Shown here one piece after another: positions 28,940 to 38,981 of a stretch of DNA of 64,000 nucleotides (positions are counted from its first letter, which is position 1; each line of letters begins with the position of its first letter). The position numbers were made by a program, and so were the translations under genes. Source of the DNA: Myxococcota bacterium (GTDB lineage: Bacteria > Myxococcota_A > UBA796 > CAJQPC01); contig DASCPX010000070.1 of the NCBI GenBank assembly GCA_036012755.1, positions 224,001-288,000 on the forward strand, in the 5' to 3' direction. The notes beneath the pieces are model-generated. The model was given only the letters and a program-made list of their open reading frames with translations. It did not search any database and had not been told where the DNA came from.

Positions 28940-29587
28940 ATGACCCGCATCCATCAGCCCAACGAGATCGACCTCTTCCTCCGCCGCATCGTCGAGGACA
29001 AGCGCAGCTCCCGCCTCTTCCTTCCGGGTGGCGCGGTGGTGGAGGGCCGCCTCGGTCCACCTGAGGCACACCGGATGATGGCGTTCTCCACGGAGAGCGC
29101 GGTCGTACCCCCGCGGACCGGCGCCTCGGTTCGGCTCGAGGGAGGCTGCAACAGCGGCAGCTACGAGGCCGTGACGGACCTGCTCGGGATCGACGAGATG
29201 GGCTGGCTGGTGCTGGCGACGCCGACCTCGCTCACCCTGGTCGAGCGCAGAATGGAGCGCCGCCGCGCCGCGGTGTCCGGGATGTCGCTGTCCATCCACC
29301 TGAGTCACCGCTTCTACAAGGCGGTCCTGCGGGACGTGTCCCAGAGCGGAATGTCCTTCTCCCTCTGGAGCCTGCCGCTGGAGGTCAAGCCCGGCGCCCG
29401 GCTCCAGTGCACCCTGGACCTTCCCCTGATGCGCGGCATCCCCGTCGTCGTCGAGGTCGCCGCGCTCCGCGGACCGATCGCCGGGGCTCGCATCGTGGCG
29501 ATGCCCGAGACGGCCCGAGTCGCCCTGGTCGGCTTCGTTCGAGGCCCTGCCGTCGAGCGCCGGCTCAACGAGGTGTCGCTCTACTGA
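28940..29587 (+). CDS. PilZ domain protein (YcgR-like architecture)
   Basis: ERRMERR (RxxxR) and DVSQSG (DxSxxG); GGAG SD. Confidence 0.8.
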   Translation: MTRIHQPNEIDLFLRRIVEDKRSSRLFLPGGAVVEGRLGPPEAHRMMAFSTESAVVPPRTGASVRLEGGCNSGSYEAVTDLLGIDEMGWLVLATPTSLTLVERRMERRRAAVSGMSLSIHLSHRFYKAVLRDVSQSGMSFSLWSLPLEVKPGARLQCTLDLPLMRGIPVVVEVAALRGPIAGARIVAMPETARVALVGFVRGPAVERRLNEVSLY

Positions 29588-30012
29588 TCTTCGCGCACTC
29601 GCTTGCGTGACGCCTTGCGCTCGGACCTCGCGCGCTTGGCTTGGAGCCGCCTCTGCTTCGCCCCCCTGGAGATCCGGCGCTTCTTGCGCTTCGGTCGGAT
29701 CACCAGGGCCTCGCGGACCAGCTCCGCCAGGCGCTCCCGGGCGAGCTGGCGGTTTCGATGCTGACTGCGCTCGCTCTGGACCGCGACCTGGAGGAGACCG
29801 CCAGCCCTGATGCGGCTCGCGAGGTTGCGGAGCAGGCGCGCCTGCTGGGCCTCGTCCAAGGCGGAGGAGCCCTGGACCCGCCACTGGAGCTGCACCCGCG
29901 AGTTGGTGGTGTTCACGCCCTGGCCGCCGGGCCCACCGCTGCGCGAGGTGAGGACCCGGAGCTCGGCGCCGGGGATCACCAGGGTGTCGTCGATGGGGAG
30001 GTCGGCTTCCAC
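29581..30012 (-). CDS. arfB: Alternative ribosome rescue peptidyl-tRNA hydrolase ArfB
   Basis: SRSGGPGGQGVN, ERSQHRN, basic C-terminal tail; TACCCT-N6-GTG. Confidence 0.93.
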   Translation of the reverse strand: MEADLPIDDTLVIPGAELRVLTSRSGGPGGQGVNTTNSRVQLQWRVQGSSALDEAQQARLLRNLASRIRAGGLLQVAVQSERSQHRNRQLARERLAELVREALVIRPKRKKRRISRGAKQRRLQAKRARSERKASRKRVREDQ

Positions 30013-30052
30013 GGCGCCAGGGTAGTCACGGCTGGCTCGGGGGCGAACCCGC

Positions 30053-30631
30053 TCAGGGCTTGTCGACGGTGACCGAGAACTCGCGCATGGCCTCGTCCCG
30101 GGTCCAGCGACCCTCCTGCGCGAGGTCGAGGTCCTTGGCCTCTCCGAGCAGGACCTCGGCGGTCGAGGCGGTCACGGTCCAGGGCTCGACCGCGCTCGCG
30201 CCGCCGCTGTAGACCATCTTCTCCTCGGCGTAGCCGGAGTTCTGGATGACGACCGTGTAGCCGCCCGCGGGGAGATCGCTGCTCGGGATGTCGAAGCCGA
30301 CGAGGTAGAGGAAGAAGCCCTCCGCGGCCTTGCCGTTCATCTCGTGGCTGATCGGCCGCCAGGTCACGTCTTGGACCTCGCCGTCGATGCTCACGCTCAG
30401 GGTCGAGGCCATGGTGTCCCAGGTGGCCTCGTTGTACTTCTTGACCTTGAGCTTCTTGATCGGCCCCGAGTCGTCCTCTGAGACGCCGATGCCTCCGAGC
30501 ACCACGGGGATCGGGACCTCGAGCACGACGAGGCCGACCAGGACTGTCTCGGACGCCTTCACCTGGGTCCGGAGGCTGTACTCGTCGGTGTTGAAGGGGT
30601 GGGCCAGAGCGCTCGCGACGAGGAGGATCAT
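30053..30631 (-). CDS. Secreted hypothetical protein
   Basis: MILLVASALA-HP signal; ATGA overlap with the upstream gene. Confidence 0.7.
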   Translation of the reverse strand: MILLVASALAHPFNTDEYSLRTQVKASETVLVGLVVLEVPIPVVLGGIGVSEDDSGPIKKLKVKKYNEATWDTMASTLSVSIDGEVQDVTWRPISHEMNGKAAEGFFLYLVGFDIPSSDLPAGGYTVVIQNSGYAEEKMVYSGGASAVEPWTVTASTAEVLLGEAKDLDLAQEGRWTRDEAMREFSVTVDKP

Positions 30632-31188
30632 GCTGGTCGCGTCAGGCTGAAGTAGGCACCCTCGGGCTTTCCGCTGCGGTAGGCCGCAGAGATGATGAGG
30701 TCCCGGCTCACTCGCCGGACCACGTCCTTCATGTTGCCGTAGACGAAGCGGTAGGGGAGCTCCAGGTTCGACGCCACCGGCGGCCAGTCACCCGGGGCCT
30801 CGTCGGGCTCCCAGGTGTAGTCGAAGACGAGCTGCTCGCCGTGCTGGTCCCCGTCCACGCGGACCAGGAAGTGACCGGGTCCGCCGAACCACGCGGCGAG
30901 GCCGCTGTTCACGTTGTAGCCCTGGACGCGGGCCCTGTGATCGGCGAAGGCCTTCGCGAAGTCGTTGAAGGCAGGCAGGCTGTTCCGACCCGCCCAGGTC
31001 TGGGCCTCGCCCTCCGGTGAGAGGAAGAAGTTGGGCTCCACGTCGCGCCCCTCGGACTTCCCGTAGAGGACCTCCATGTCCTTCTTCTTCAGCGAGCGCA
31101 TCCACTCCAGCCGCTCGCTCGACGTGGCCGCATCCAGCGCGGCCTCGATGGCCTCGATCTCGGCGGCGTCGGGTCGGGGGATGGGCAT
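30628..31188 (-). CDS. Hypothetical protein
   Basis: GGAGG before ATG 31188; G.NSLPAF..F.K.F..GYN..GPGHF motif. Confidence 0.7.
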   Translation of the reverse strand: MPIPRPDAAEIEAIEAALDAATSSERLEWMRSLKKKDMEVLYGKSEGRDVEPNFFLSPEGEAQTWAGRNSLPAFNDFAKAFADHRARVQGYNVNSGLAAWFGGPGHFLVRVDGDQHGEQLVFDYTWEPDEAPGDWPPVASNLELPYRFVYGNMKDVVRRVSRDLIISAAYRSGKPEGAYFSLTRPA

Positions 31189-31233
31189 CGGGCCTCCAGT
31201 GTCGCTGGCTATCCTGTCCATGGGAGGCCCTCC

Positions 31234-32076
31234 ATGTGGCTGTTGTTCATTGCCTGTAGCGGAAAGACCCCCGAGGCCGGAGGACCATCCGACGACTCCT
31301 CGACGGACTCGCAGCAGCTCGACGACACGGCGCCGGTGGTCGGTGGCGAGGACTTCGCGCTCTTCACCGGCGGCGCGGAGCTCGAGGTCTGGTTCAACGA
31401 TGACTACGATCTGCCCGAAGACAGCGACGAGGGCTGGTCGCTCGGCGAGATCGGCGACTGGACGGCGCTTGCGGACTTCGACGGCGACGGCCTCGACGAC
31501 TTCTGGCAGATCGAGGACACGGCGGCCAAGGTGCGCATCTACATGAACCAGGGCGGGAGCTACGAGACCGAGCCCAGCTTCGAGCCCACCTCCGGTGTCG
31601 GCCAGAAGCGTCCGGCCATCGCCGGAGACTTCGACGGCGACGGTCGCGCCGACATGATGCTGCTCAACACGACCTCTGGCCGGGCCCTGACCTTCCTCAA
31701 CGTCACGGGCGGCTTCGACACCGACAACAAGATCTCCACCGCCACCAGCCTCGGCGCCTCAGGCGCCTTCGCCGCAGCCGACATGGACGGCGACGGGACT
31801 GACGACCTCGTCCAGCTCGCCGGCAGCGACGTCAGCGTCTGGAGGGTCCAAGACGGCGTCATCGACGAGAGCGCCGCGATGCACGAGCTGAACCTCCCGG
31901 GCACGATCCAGGCCCTCGGCATCGACCTCGACGACGACGGCATCTCCGAGCTCGCCACCTGGTCCGGCTCGACCCTGTATGTGCACGGCAACGACGGGAG
32001 CGCCATCGACGACGCTCCCAGCCACGAGTTCTTCCTCAACACTTCGGGCTTCGCCCTGTCCGGCGAGGTGCGCTGA
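31234..32076 (+). CDS. FG-GAP/VCBS repeat lipoprotein
   Basis: MWLLFIAC; 4 D.DGDG..D-type repeats; TATCCT then GGAGG upstream. Confidence 0.85.
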   Translation: MWLLFIACSGKTPEAGGPSDDSSTDSQQLDDTAPVVGGEDFALFTGGAELEVWFNDDYDLPEDSDEGWSLGEIGDWTALADFDGDGLDDFWQIEDTAAKVRIYMNQGGSYETEPSFEPTSGVGQKRPAIAGDFDGDGRADMMLLNTTSGRALTFLNVTGGFDTDNKISTATSLGASGAFAAADMDGDGTDDLVQLAGSDVSVWRVQDGVIDESAAMHELNLPGTIQALGIDLDDDGISELATWSGSTLYVHGNDGSAIDDAPSHEFFLNTSGFALSGEVR

Positions 32077-32090
32077 GTTAGGCGGGCGCG

Positions 32091-34919
32091 GTGGACGCCC
32101 TGTTCGCTGCCCTCCGCGAGGCCTGCTCGTCCCACATCTGGGACCAGGGCGTGCGCTTCTTTCGTGCCGACGTGGTCGTGGGCCAGGAGGCCGACGACGA
32201 GGAGATCCGGCTGCACGTTCGCGTCGGCGGCCGCCCGGTTCCCTACGAGGTCCACCTCTGGCCCCAGGACGAGGACTGGTCCTGCGACTGCGGCCACGAA
32301 GAGGGCTGCTCACACGCTGTCGCGGCCATGCTCGCGATGCGAAAGGCGCTGGCCGAGGGCAAGGAGCTGCCCAAGCCAGAGGGTCACGGCTCCTTGCGCT
32401 ACCGCCTGCTGCGCGACGGCAGGACCCTCCGGATCCGCCGGGAGATCCGGCGAGGCGACACCATCGAGCCCGCGCCGAAGCTGCTGTCCCAGGTCCGCGG
32501 GCTGAACCTGAGCGCAGAGGACCTGGTGATCGACGAGGTCATGAGCCTGGGTCAGCACCCGATCCCGGCGACCGGATGGCGGCGCATCCTCAAGGCCTGG
32601 GCATCCGCCGGCTCCAAGGTGCTCCTCGACGGCCCCGTCGAGGTGAAGCAGGAGCTCATCACGCCGGTCGTCATCGTGAGCGACGAGGGGTCGGCGTTCC
32701 GGGTCAGCCTGCATCGGGACGGTCGCGTCGACGAGCGCTTCATCGGCGGTGTGGGTCGCTGTGGCAGCGTGCTTCATCCCCTCGGCGACGGCGGGCTGAC
32801 CCCATCTCAGCGGCGCCGGCTGGCCGAGGGCATCGTCTATCGACCAGAGGACGCCGGGCTGCTTGTCAGCGAGGTGCTCCCGCGCCTCCGCCAGCAGGTC
32901 CGGGTGCGCCTGAAGACCTCGCGCCTGCCAGAGGGCGAGGCCGAGCCCCCCCGCCTGGTCCTGAGCCTCGACGACGGCGAAGGCAGGCTGGATCTGCGTC
33001 TGGACATCGTCTACGGCGACCCGCCCATCGCTCGGGTCGAGGCGGACACCCTGGTGCTGCTCGGAGGTGGCGTGCCCTTGCGGGACAAGCTCCGCGAGCA
33101 GGCGCTGATCCGCGAGGTCGAGGGTCTGCGCCTGCCCATCGGTCGGGACTGGAGCTTCGAGGAGGAGGACGCGCTCCAGTTCGTGCGCGCCCGGCTGCCC
33201 GGCTATCGCGGCGCGGTCTCCGGCTCGGCAGGGCGCTTCTCCGTTCGCACAGAGGCCGCCTCGGTTCGCCTCGTGGATGGCCGGCTCGAGAGCGACGCCG
33301 ACCTCGATCGGCTCGTGGACGCCTGGCTCGAGGGCGAGGCCCTGGTGCCCCTGGCCGACGGCACCGGCTACGCGCCCCTGCCCATCGACTTCATGGGGGC
33401 CCACGGTCACCTCATCGCCGACCTGGTCGCCGCTCGAGACACCGATGGCTCCATGCCCCGCCACGCCCTCCCGGCCCTCGCCGAGCTCTGCGAGGCCCTG
33501 GATCACCCCCCCCCACCGGAGCTCTCCGAGCTGCGCCAGCTGCTGTCGGGGGACTGGCCCGAGGAGGAGATCCCGGACACCGTGAAGGCCACCCTGCGGC
33601 CATACCAGGTCGATGGCTTCCGCTGGCTGCGGTTGCTCATGAGCGGGGGCCTCGGGGGCATCCTCGCCGACGACATGGGCCTCGGCAAGACCCTGCAGGC
33701 CCTCTGCGCCATCACAGCAGAGGGGGGCCGCAGCCTCGTCGTCGCCCCGACCAGCGTCATCGGGAACTGGCTCGCCGAGTGCGAGAAGTTCGTCCCCCAC
33801 CTGAGCACCTGCCGCTTCCATGGACCCAGGCGCCACCTGGACGTCTCGGCCGACGTGGTCGTCACGAGCTACGCGCTGTTGCGTCTGGATCCATCTCTCC
33901 GCGAGCAGCGGTGGACCACCGTGGTGCTGGACGAGGCCCAGGCCATCAAGAACCCCGAGTCCCAGACCGCCCAGGCGGCCTTCCGGCTCCAGGCGAGCCA
34001 CCGCCTCAGCCTCACGGGGACCCCCGTCGAGAACCGCCTGGACGAGCTGTGGTCACAGCTGCACTTCGCGATGCCGGGCATCCTCGGTGGGCGCAAGGCC
34101 TTCGGCGATCGCTACGCCCGTCCGGTCGAGCAGGGTGACGCGCGCGCCGCGAAGGCCCTCCGTGGGCGCATCGCCCCCTTCGTCCTGCGCCGGCTCAAGA
34201 CCGAGGTCGCGTCTGACCTGCCTCCCCGTACAGACCTCGTGTTGCGCTGCCCGATGCCTCCAGAGCAGCGCCAGATCTACGACGGGGTGCACGCTGCGGC
34301 CCGGGGGGACCTCGCGCGTCTGCTCGGCGACGGCCGCGCCCTCGAGATCCTCGAGGTCCTGCTGCGACTGCGCCAGGCGGCCTGCCACTCGCGGCTGTTG
34401 CCTGGCGACCGGCCGGACGTCAGCGGCAAGCTCGACGTGCTCGTCGACAAGCTCGAAGCCCTCGCAGAGGCAGGCCACCGCTGCCTCGTCTTCTCCCAGT
34501 GGACCTCGCACCTCGACCTCATCGAGGAGCGCATCGGCGGGCTGGACCCCTTGCGGCTGGACGGCTCGACCCGGGACCGGGACGGGGTGGTCGCCCGCTT
34601 CCAGGCCCCGGACGGGCCGCCGGTCTTCCTGCTCTCGCTCAAGGCTGGCGGGACGGGGCTCAACCTGACCGCCGCCGACTACGTCTTCCACGCGGACCCC
34701 TGGTGGAACCCGGCGGTCGAGGACCAGGCCATCGACCGCGCCCACCGCATCGGCCAGGACAAGCCGGTGGTCAGCGTGAAGCTCATCTCAGAGGACACGG
34801 TCGAGGAGCGCATCCTGGCGCTGCAGGAGAAGAAGCGCGCGGTCGCCAAGGCCGTGCTCGGGGACGGCACCGTGGCCGCCGGGCTCACGCGCGAGGACCT
34901 GCTCGAGCTCCTGCGCTGA
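32091..34919 (+). CDS. SWIM zinc finger SNF2-family helicase/ATPase
   Basis: CDC....CSH; LADDMGLGKT, DEAQ, LTGTPVEN, GGTGLNL, QAIDRAHRIGQ. Confidence 0.95.
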   Translation: MDALFAALREACSSHIWDQGVRFFRADVVVGQEADDEEIRLHVRVGGRPVPYEVHLWPQDEDWSCDCGHEEGCSHAVAAMLAMRKALAEGKELPKPEGHGSLRYRLLRDGRTLRIRREIRRGDTIEPAPKLLSQVRGLNLSAEDLVIDEVMSLGQHPIPATGWRRILKAWASAGSKVLLDGPVEVKQELITPVVIVSDEGSAFRVSLHRDGRVDERFIGGVGRCGSVLHPLGDGGLTPSQRRRLAEGIVYRPEDAGLLVSEVLPRLRQQVRVRLKTSRLPEGEAEPPRLVLSLDDGEGRLDLRLDIVYGDPPIARVEADTLVLLGGGVPLRDKLREQALIREVEGLRLPIGRDWSFEEEDALQFVRARLPGYRGAVSGSAGRFSVRTEAASVRLVDGRLESDADLDRLVDAWLEGEALVPLADGTGYAPLPIDFMGAHGHLIADLVAARDTDGSMPRHALPALAELCEALDHPPPPELSELRQLLSGDWPEEEIPDTVKATLRPYQVDGFRWLRLLMSGGLGGILADDMGLGKTLQALCAITAEGGRSLVVAPTSVIGNWLAECEKFVPHLSTCRFHGPRRHLDVSADVVVTSYALLRLDPSLREQRWTTVVLDEAQAIKNPESQTAQAAFRLQASHRLSLTGTPVENRLDELWSQLHFAMPGILGGRKAFGDRYARPVEQGDARAAKALRGRIAPFVLRRLKTEVASDLPPRTDLVLRCPMPPEQRQIYDGVHAAARGDLARLLGDGRALEILEVLLRLRQAACHSRLLPGDRPDVSGKLDVLVDKLEALAEAGHRCLVFSQWTSHLDLIEERIGGLDPLRLDGSTRDRDGVVARFQAPDGPPVFLLSLKAGGTGLNLTAADYVFHADPWWNPAVEDQAIDRAHRIGQDKPVVSVKLISEDTVEERILALQEKKRAVAKAVLGDGTVAAGLTREDLLELLR

Positions 34920-37067
34920 TCAGCGCGCGCAGCGGAAGCCGATGAAGGCCCGCGAGTCCGTCTTGCCGACGTTCGTCGAGATGCCGCCGTCGCTGCGGCG
35001 CCAGGCGGGCTTGCCCTGGTTCTGGCGGTACTCGTGCCAGGCCACCTTCGTCGAGTTCTCGTCCCAGGTCTGGGGATCGGCCTCCAGCGCGGCCAGGCCC
35101 CCGCGGCCCGAGCAGTAGGCCTTGGCCGCTGCCCAGCTCACGTTGACCACGGCCTGACCTTCCTTCCCAGCGGGTGGCGTCGTGTCCGTCCAGCCCTTCA
35201 GGTAGTTGCCGTCGGCCTTCTTGTTGTCGATGGCCTGGTCCTGCTGCCAGTCCGGGTGGCTGCCCAGCCAGCTCGCGAACTGGGCGTAGCTCACCGCGGC
35301 GGCCGCGCCGGTGCTCGCGTGCCCCTTGTTCGGGTCCTTCACCAGACCATCGCCTCCGCCCAGGTTCGGGAGGTGCTCGACCTCGATCGGGACCTCTACC
35401 TCGACGGCCCCCTCGCCCCAGTCGATCACCAGCTCCTGGGACCAGCTCGCGCAGTGCTTCGGGCAGTCCGGCCAGCAGCCGAGCTCAGCCTCCTCGCACT
35501 TGCCGGCCTCGACGATCAGGGTGTGTCGTCCCGGCAGCAGTTCGCCGAGCTCGACGGGGTCCCGACCCACCTCGACGGAGAGCTCGCCGACGGTCGCCTG
35601 CGCCTTCTTCGTCTCCGGAGTCGACACCAACAGCGCTCGTGGGGTGGGTGCCGAGACGGTGATGGTCGCGGTGGCCAGCCCCTCGCCCTCGCCGAGGTCG
35701 AAGCTGGTGCTCTGGACGCCGCACCAGCTGGCTTCGTCCGTGCAGTCCAGCCCGACGCGGGCCTCGACGAGATGCTCCCCGAAGTCCAGCTCTCCGAAGC
35801 TCCAGACGAGTCCCTCGGCGGTGCCCGGACGACCGTCGACGGTGACCGAGACGGGTGTGTCCGCAGACACCCCAGCGACGACCACGTCCAGGGCCCGGGT
35901 TGTGACAAGAGGCTCAGGCGTCGGCTGGCTGAAGTACCAGGCGGTCGCCCCTGCCAGACCCACGAGCGCCAGCGCCCCGAGGACCACTGGAGCCTTCGAC
36001 GGCGGCTCGGGCGCCTGCGCCGGTGGCTCCGGGGCCTCCTCGGGTGGGGCCGAGGGCAGGATCCCCCCCGGAGGACGCTCGTCCTCGCGAGCCAGGATCT
36101 TCTCGCGCACCGCCTGCAGGTCCTCTACGTCGGGGATCATCGTGTCGGAGCTGTCCTCCATGCCCGGGTACCAGGTGGCAGAGGTCGGACGGTGCTCGGG
36201 CTCGTCCCCGAAGATGTGTTCCGGGTCGATGTGTTCGGTGTCGAGCTCGGCGAGGGCGTCGAGCACCTCCTTTGCGGTGGCGAGGCGCTCCTCTGGCCGG
36301 CTGCGGGTCATCGCTCGGATGAGGGCGCGCAGCGCCACCGGGAACTGGACTCCCGGGTCCAGGGGAGGGTGGTTCTGCTTGGCGATCATGACCTGCAGCG
36401 CCTTCTGGCGGCTGGTCCCGACACCGGAGATGGGGAAGCCGAAGCGGCCCGTGATGAGCTCGTAGAAGACGACCCCCAGGGAGTAGACGTCCCACTTGAT
36501 GGGGTCGAGGTCGTCCGGGTCGATCCACTCGGGGGGGGCGTAGCTCACGGAGCCGAAGTTCTGGCCGGACTCGGTGATGGTCTTGCCGTCCTGCTCGGTG
36601 GCGATGCCGAAGTCGACGAGCTTCAGCTGGCCACCGCCCTCGACGATCATGTTCGAGGGCTTGATGTCCCGGTGGCGGATGCCGTGGTCGTGCATGTAGA
36701 CGAGCGCGTCGGCGGCCTGCACGAAGAGCTTCAGCGCGTCCTCGAGCTCGATCCGGCCCTCGTAGATGCGCTGCTCGAGGTTGTCCCCCTGCACGAACTC
36801 CATCTCGAGGTAGGGCAGCTCGGCGTCCATGCGCACGTTGCGGACCTTCACGATGTTCGGGTGATCCAGCGCGAAGAGGATCTCGGCCTCTCGAACGAAG
36901 CGCGCCTTGGCGCTCTCGAGCCGGTTCAGCGAGGGGTCGAGGACCTTCACCGCCGCGAGGATCCGCTGCGCCGAGCGGTTGTGGCAGCGGTACACCGAGC
37001 CCATGCCGCCCTGTCCCAGTGGCTTCTCCACCACCCAGATGTCGATCTGGTCCCCGGGCTGCAGCAA
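34920..37067 (-). CDS. Membrane Ser/Thr kinase with PEGA-like and reduced FGE/SUMF1-like C-terminal domains
   Basis: GGAGGAG before TTG 37067; LGQGGMG.VY, HRDIKPSN, DFG; one TM; VVNVSW..AKAYC and IGFRCAR. Confidence 0.9.
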   Translation of the reverse strand: MLQPGDQIDIWVVEKPLGQGGMGSVYRCHNRSAQRILAAVKVLDPSLNRLESAKARFVREAEILFALDHPNIVKVRNVRMDAELPYLEMEFVQGDNLEQRIYEGRIELEDALKLFVQAADALVYMHDHGIRHRDIKPSNMIVEGGGQLKLVDFGIATEQDGKTITESGQNFGSVSYAPPEWIDPDDLDPIKWDVYSLGVVFYELITGRFGFPISGVGTSRQKALQVMIAKQNHPPLDPGVQFPVALRALIRAMTRSRPEERLATAKEVLDALAELDTEHIDPEHIFGDEPEHRPTSATWYPGMEDSSDTMIPDVEDLQAVREKILAREDERPPGGILPSAPPEEAPEPPAQAPEPPSKAPVVLGALALVGLAGATAWYFSQPTPEPLVTTRALDVVVAGVSADTPVSVTVDGRPGTAEGLVWSFGELDFGEHLVEARVGLDCTDEASWCGVQSTSFDLGEGEGLATATITVSAPTPRALLVSTPETKKAQATVGELSVEVGRDPVELGELLPGRHTLIVEAGKCEEAELGCWPDCPKHCASWSQELVIDWGEGAVEVEVPIEVEHLPNLGGGDGLVKDPNKGHASTGAAAAVSYAQFASWLGSHPDWQQDQAIDNKKADGNYLKGWTDTTPPAGKEGQAVVNVSWAAAKAYCSGRGGLAALEADPQTWDENSTKVAWHEYRQNQGKPAWRRSDGGISTNVGKTDSRAFIGFRCAR

Positions 37068-37102
37068 CGCTCCTCCGGCGGGGAGGATAACCGGCAACAA
37101 CG

Positions 37103-37867
37103 ATGCGTATCGTCACCTGGAACATCAACTCGCTGAAGGCGCGACGAGAGCACGTCATCGGCTTCCTCGACGCGGTCTCGCCGACCCTTCTCTGCCTGCA
37201 GGAGCTGAAGCTCCCCGACTCCCAGATCGACCGCGAGCTCTTCAGCAGCCGGGGCTACCACCTCGTCACGCACGGGCAGCCGACCTACAACGGCGTCGCC
37301 ATCGCGTCTCGCCTGCCGATGAGCGACGTGATCGTTGGCCTGCGTGGAATCGAAGAGGACCACAGCCGCGTCCTTGTCGCGACGGTCGACGGCGTCGTCT
37401 TCGTGAACCTCTACTGCCCCCAGGGACAGCGCGAGGACAGCCCGGCCTTCGCCTACAAGTTGCGCTTCTACGACCACCTCATCGAGTGGATCGCAAACAC
37501 CTTCGACCCCCAGCAGCCGCTGGTCGTCACCGGTGATCTCAACGTCGCCCCGCGCAGCTGTGACGTCTTCGATCCCTTCGAGTGGGCCAACGTGCCGACC
37601 TTCCATCCAGAGGAGCACGCGCGCTGGCAGAGGCTGCTCGACTGGGGCCTCCACGACGCCACGGAGGACTGGCTCGAAGAGGGCGCCTACACCTTCTGGG
37701 ACTACCGGCAGCGGTCCTTCGACCGCAACCTCGGGATGCGCATCGACCACTTCCTCGTCACCCGGCCGGTCCTCGAGTGCGTGCAGGGTGCGCTGGTCCA
37801 CGTCGAGGAGCGAGCCCGGGAGCGCGCCTCGGACCACGCGCCGCTGGAGCTCATCCTGGGTCGTTGA
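37103..37867 (+). CDS. xth: Exodeoxyribonuclease III
   Basis: MRIVTWNINS, LCLQELK, YNGVAI, GDLN, YTFWDYR, RIDH, SDHAP. Confidence 0.95.
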   Translation: MRIVTWNINSLKARREHVIGFLDAVSPTLLCLQELKLPDSQIDRELFSSRGYHLVTHGQPTYNGVAIASRLPMSDVIVGLRGIEEDHSRVLVATVDGVVFVNLYCPQGQREDSPAFAYKLRFYDHLIEWIANTFDPQQPLVVTGDLNVAPRSCDVFDPFEWANVPTFHPEEHARWQRLLDWGLHDATEDWLEEGAYTFWDYRQRSFDRNLGMRIDHFLVTRPVLECVQGALVHVEERARERASDHAPLELILGR

Positions 37868-38981
37868 CGGCGGGGTCGAAGACCGCGATCTCCCCAGCGA
37901 CCCCCATGCGCGGCGGCAGGCCCGTGTACCAGTTCCCGCAGTGCACGTACTGCTTGCCGAACCAGCCCTGGTCGCGCACACCGAAGAGCCGGAGCATCGA
38001 GGCGTTGAGCCCGAGCATGTTCCCGGCCACCTGCCCGCCGTGGGTGTGGCCGGAGAGCACCAGGTCGAAGCGGGCCTCGTCGACCCAGGCGCCCAGGCGA
38101 GGGTCGTGGGCCAGGAGCACGGCGAAGGACTCGCCTCGGGGGCACTTCTGCAAGGCCGAGGCGAGCTCCTCGCGGGCGTTTTTCCAGTGGAAGTTCACTC
38201 CCGTGACGTGGAAACCACCGGACTCGATGGCCTCGTCGACGAGGAGCTTCACGCCTCGCTCTGCGAGGGCCTCTCCAAGCTGCCAGAGCACGGGCAGGTC
38301 GTGGTTGCCCGGGCAGCACACCACCGGCGCCTCGATGCGGGCGAGGGCCTCGACCAGGTAGGAGTGCTCGGCCTCGGAGAAGGGCATGACGAGGTCCCCG
38401 GTCACGACGACCAGCGCGGGATCCAGGCGATTGACCGCCTCGACCAATGGACCGAGCTCCTCCTCGTGCATCAGCGCGGAGGCGTGGATGTCCGAGAGCT
38501 GCACGAGGCGACCCGGCAGCCCCGCGACCACGTGGCGTGTCAGGCGGCGACCCCGGCTGTAGCACTGCACCGTTCCGAGCACCGCCAGCGACAGGGGAAG
38601 GAGGAGCCAGGCCCCGGGCCACAGCCAGTCGCGGCCCGCCAGCGCGGCGATGGGCGCCCGCACGAGCCAGGTCAGGCCTCCCCACAAGGCGAAGCCGTAG
38701 GCCACTTGGGAGGGGTAGGCCAGCAGCCAGCGCACCCAACCAGGCGCGGAACGTACTCTGTGGATGGCGAAGAACAGCCCCCAGATGCCGACGGCTCCGG
38801 CCAAGAAAGCCCACGCGAGGTCGCCACCACAAGCCTTGAACATCAGGCCGTAGAAGCCGATGCAGCCTCCGACGACTGCGGCGACGAAGTGGTCGTTGGC
38901 GGTCTGGCCGACCGCGTAGACGTGGCGCCAGGTCAGCGCCACGATGATCGGGAAGAGCAACAGCAGCCAGGGGATGCCCAT
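37851..38981 (-). CDS. Membrane-anchored metallophosphoesterase (YkuE-like)
   Basis: N-terminal TMs; SDIH, GDL, GNHD, AHDP, SGHTHGGQ. Confidence 0.9.
   Translation of the reverse strand: MGIPWLLLLFPIIVALTWRHVYAVGQTANDHFVAAVVGGCIGFYGLMFKACGGDLAWAFLAGAVGIWGLFFAIHRVRSAPGWVRWLLAYPSQVAYGFALWGGLTWLVRAPIAALAGRDWLWPGAWLLLPLSLAVLGTVQCYSRGRRLTRHVVAGLPGRLVQLSDIHASALMHEEELGPLVEAVNRLDPALVVVTGDLVMPFSEAEHSYLVEALARIEAPVVCCPGNHDLPVLWQLGEALAERGVKLLVDEAIESGGFHVTGVNFHWKNAREELASALQKCPRGESFAVLLAHDPRLGAWVDEARFDLVLSGHTHGGQVAGNMLGLNASMLRLFGVRDQGWFGKQYVHCGNWYTGLPPRMGVAGEIAVFDPAVNDPG

Noticed and set aside
32091..34919. SNF2 helicase as part of an anti-phage system
   Set aside because: Standalone SWIM-SNF2 type with no adjacent methylase, nuclease or other defence genes.
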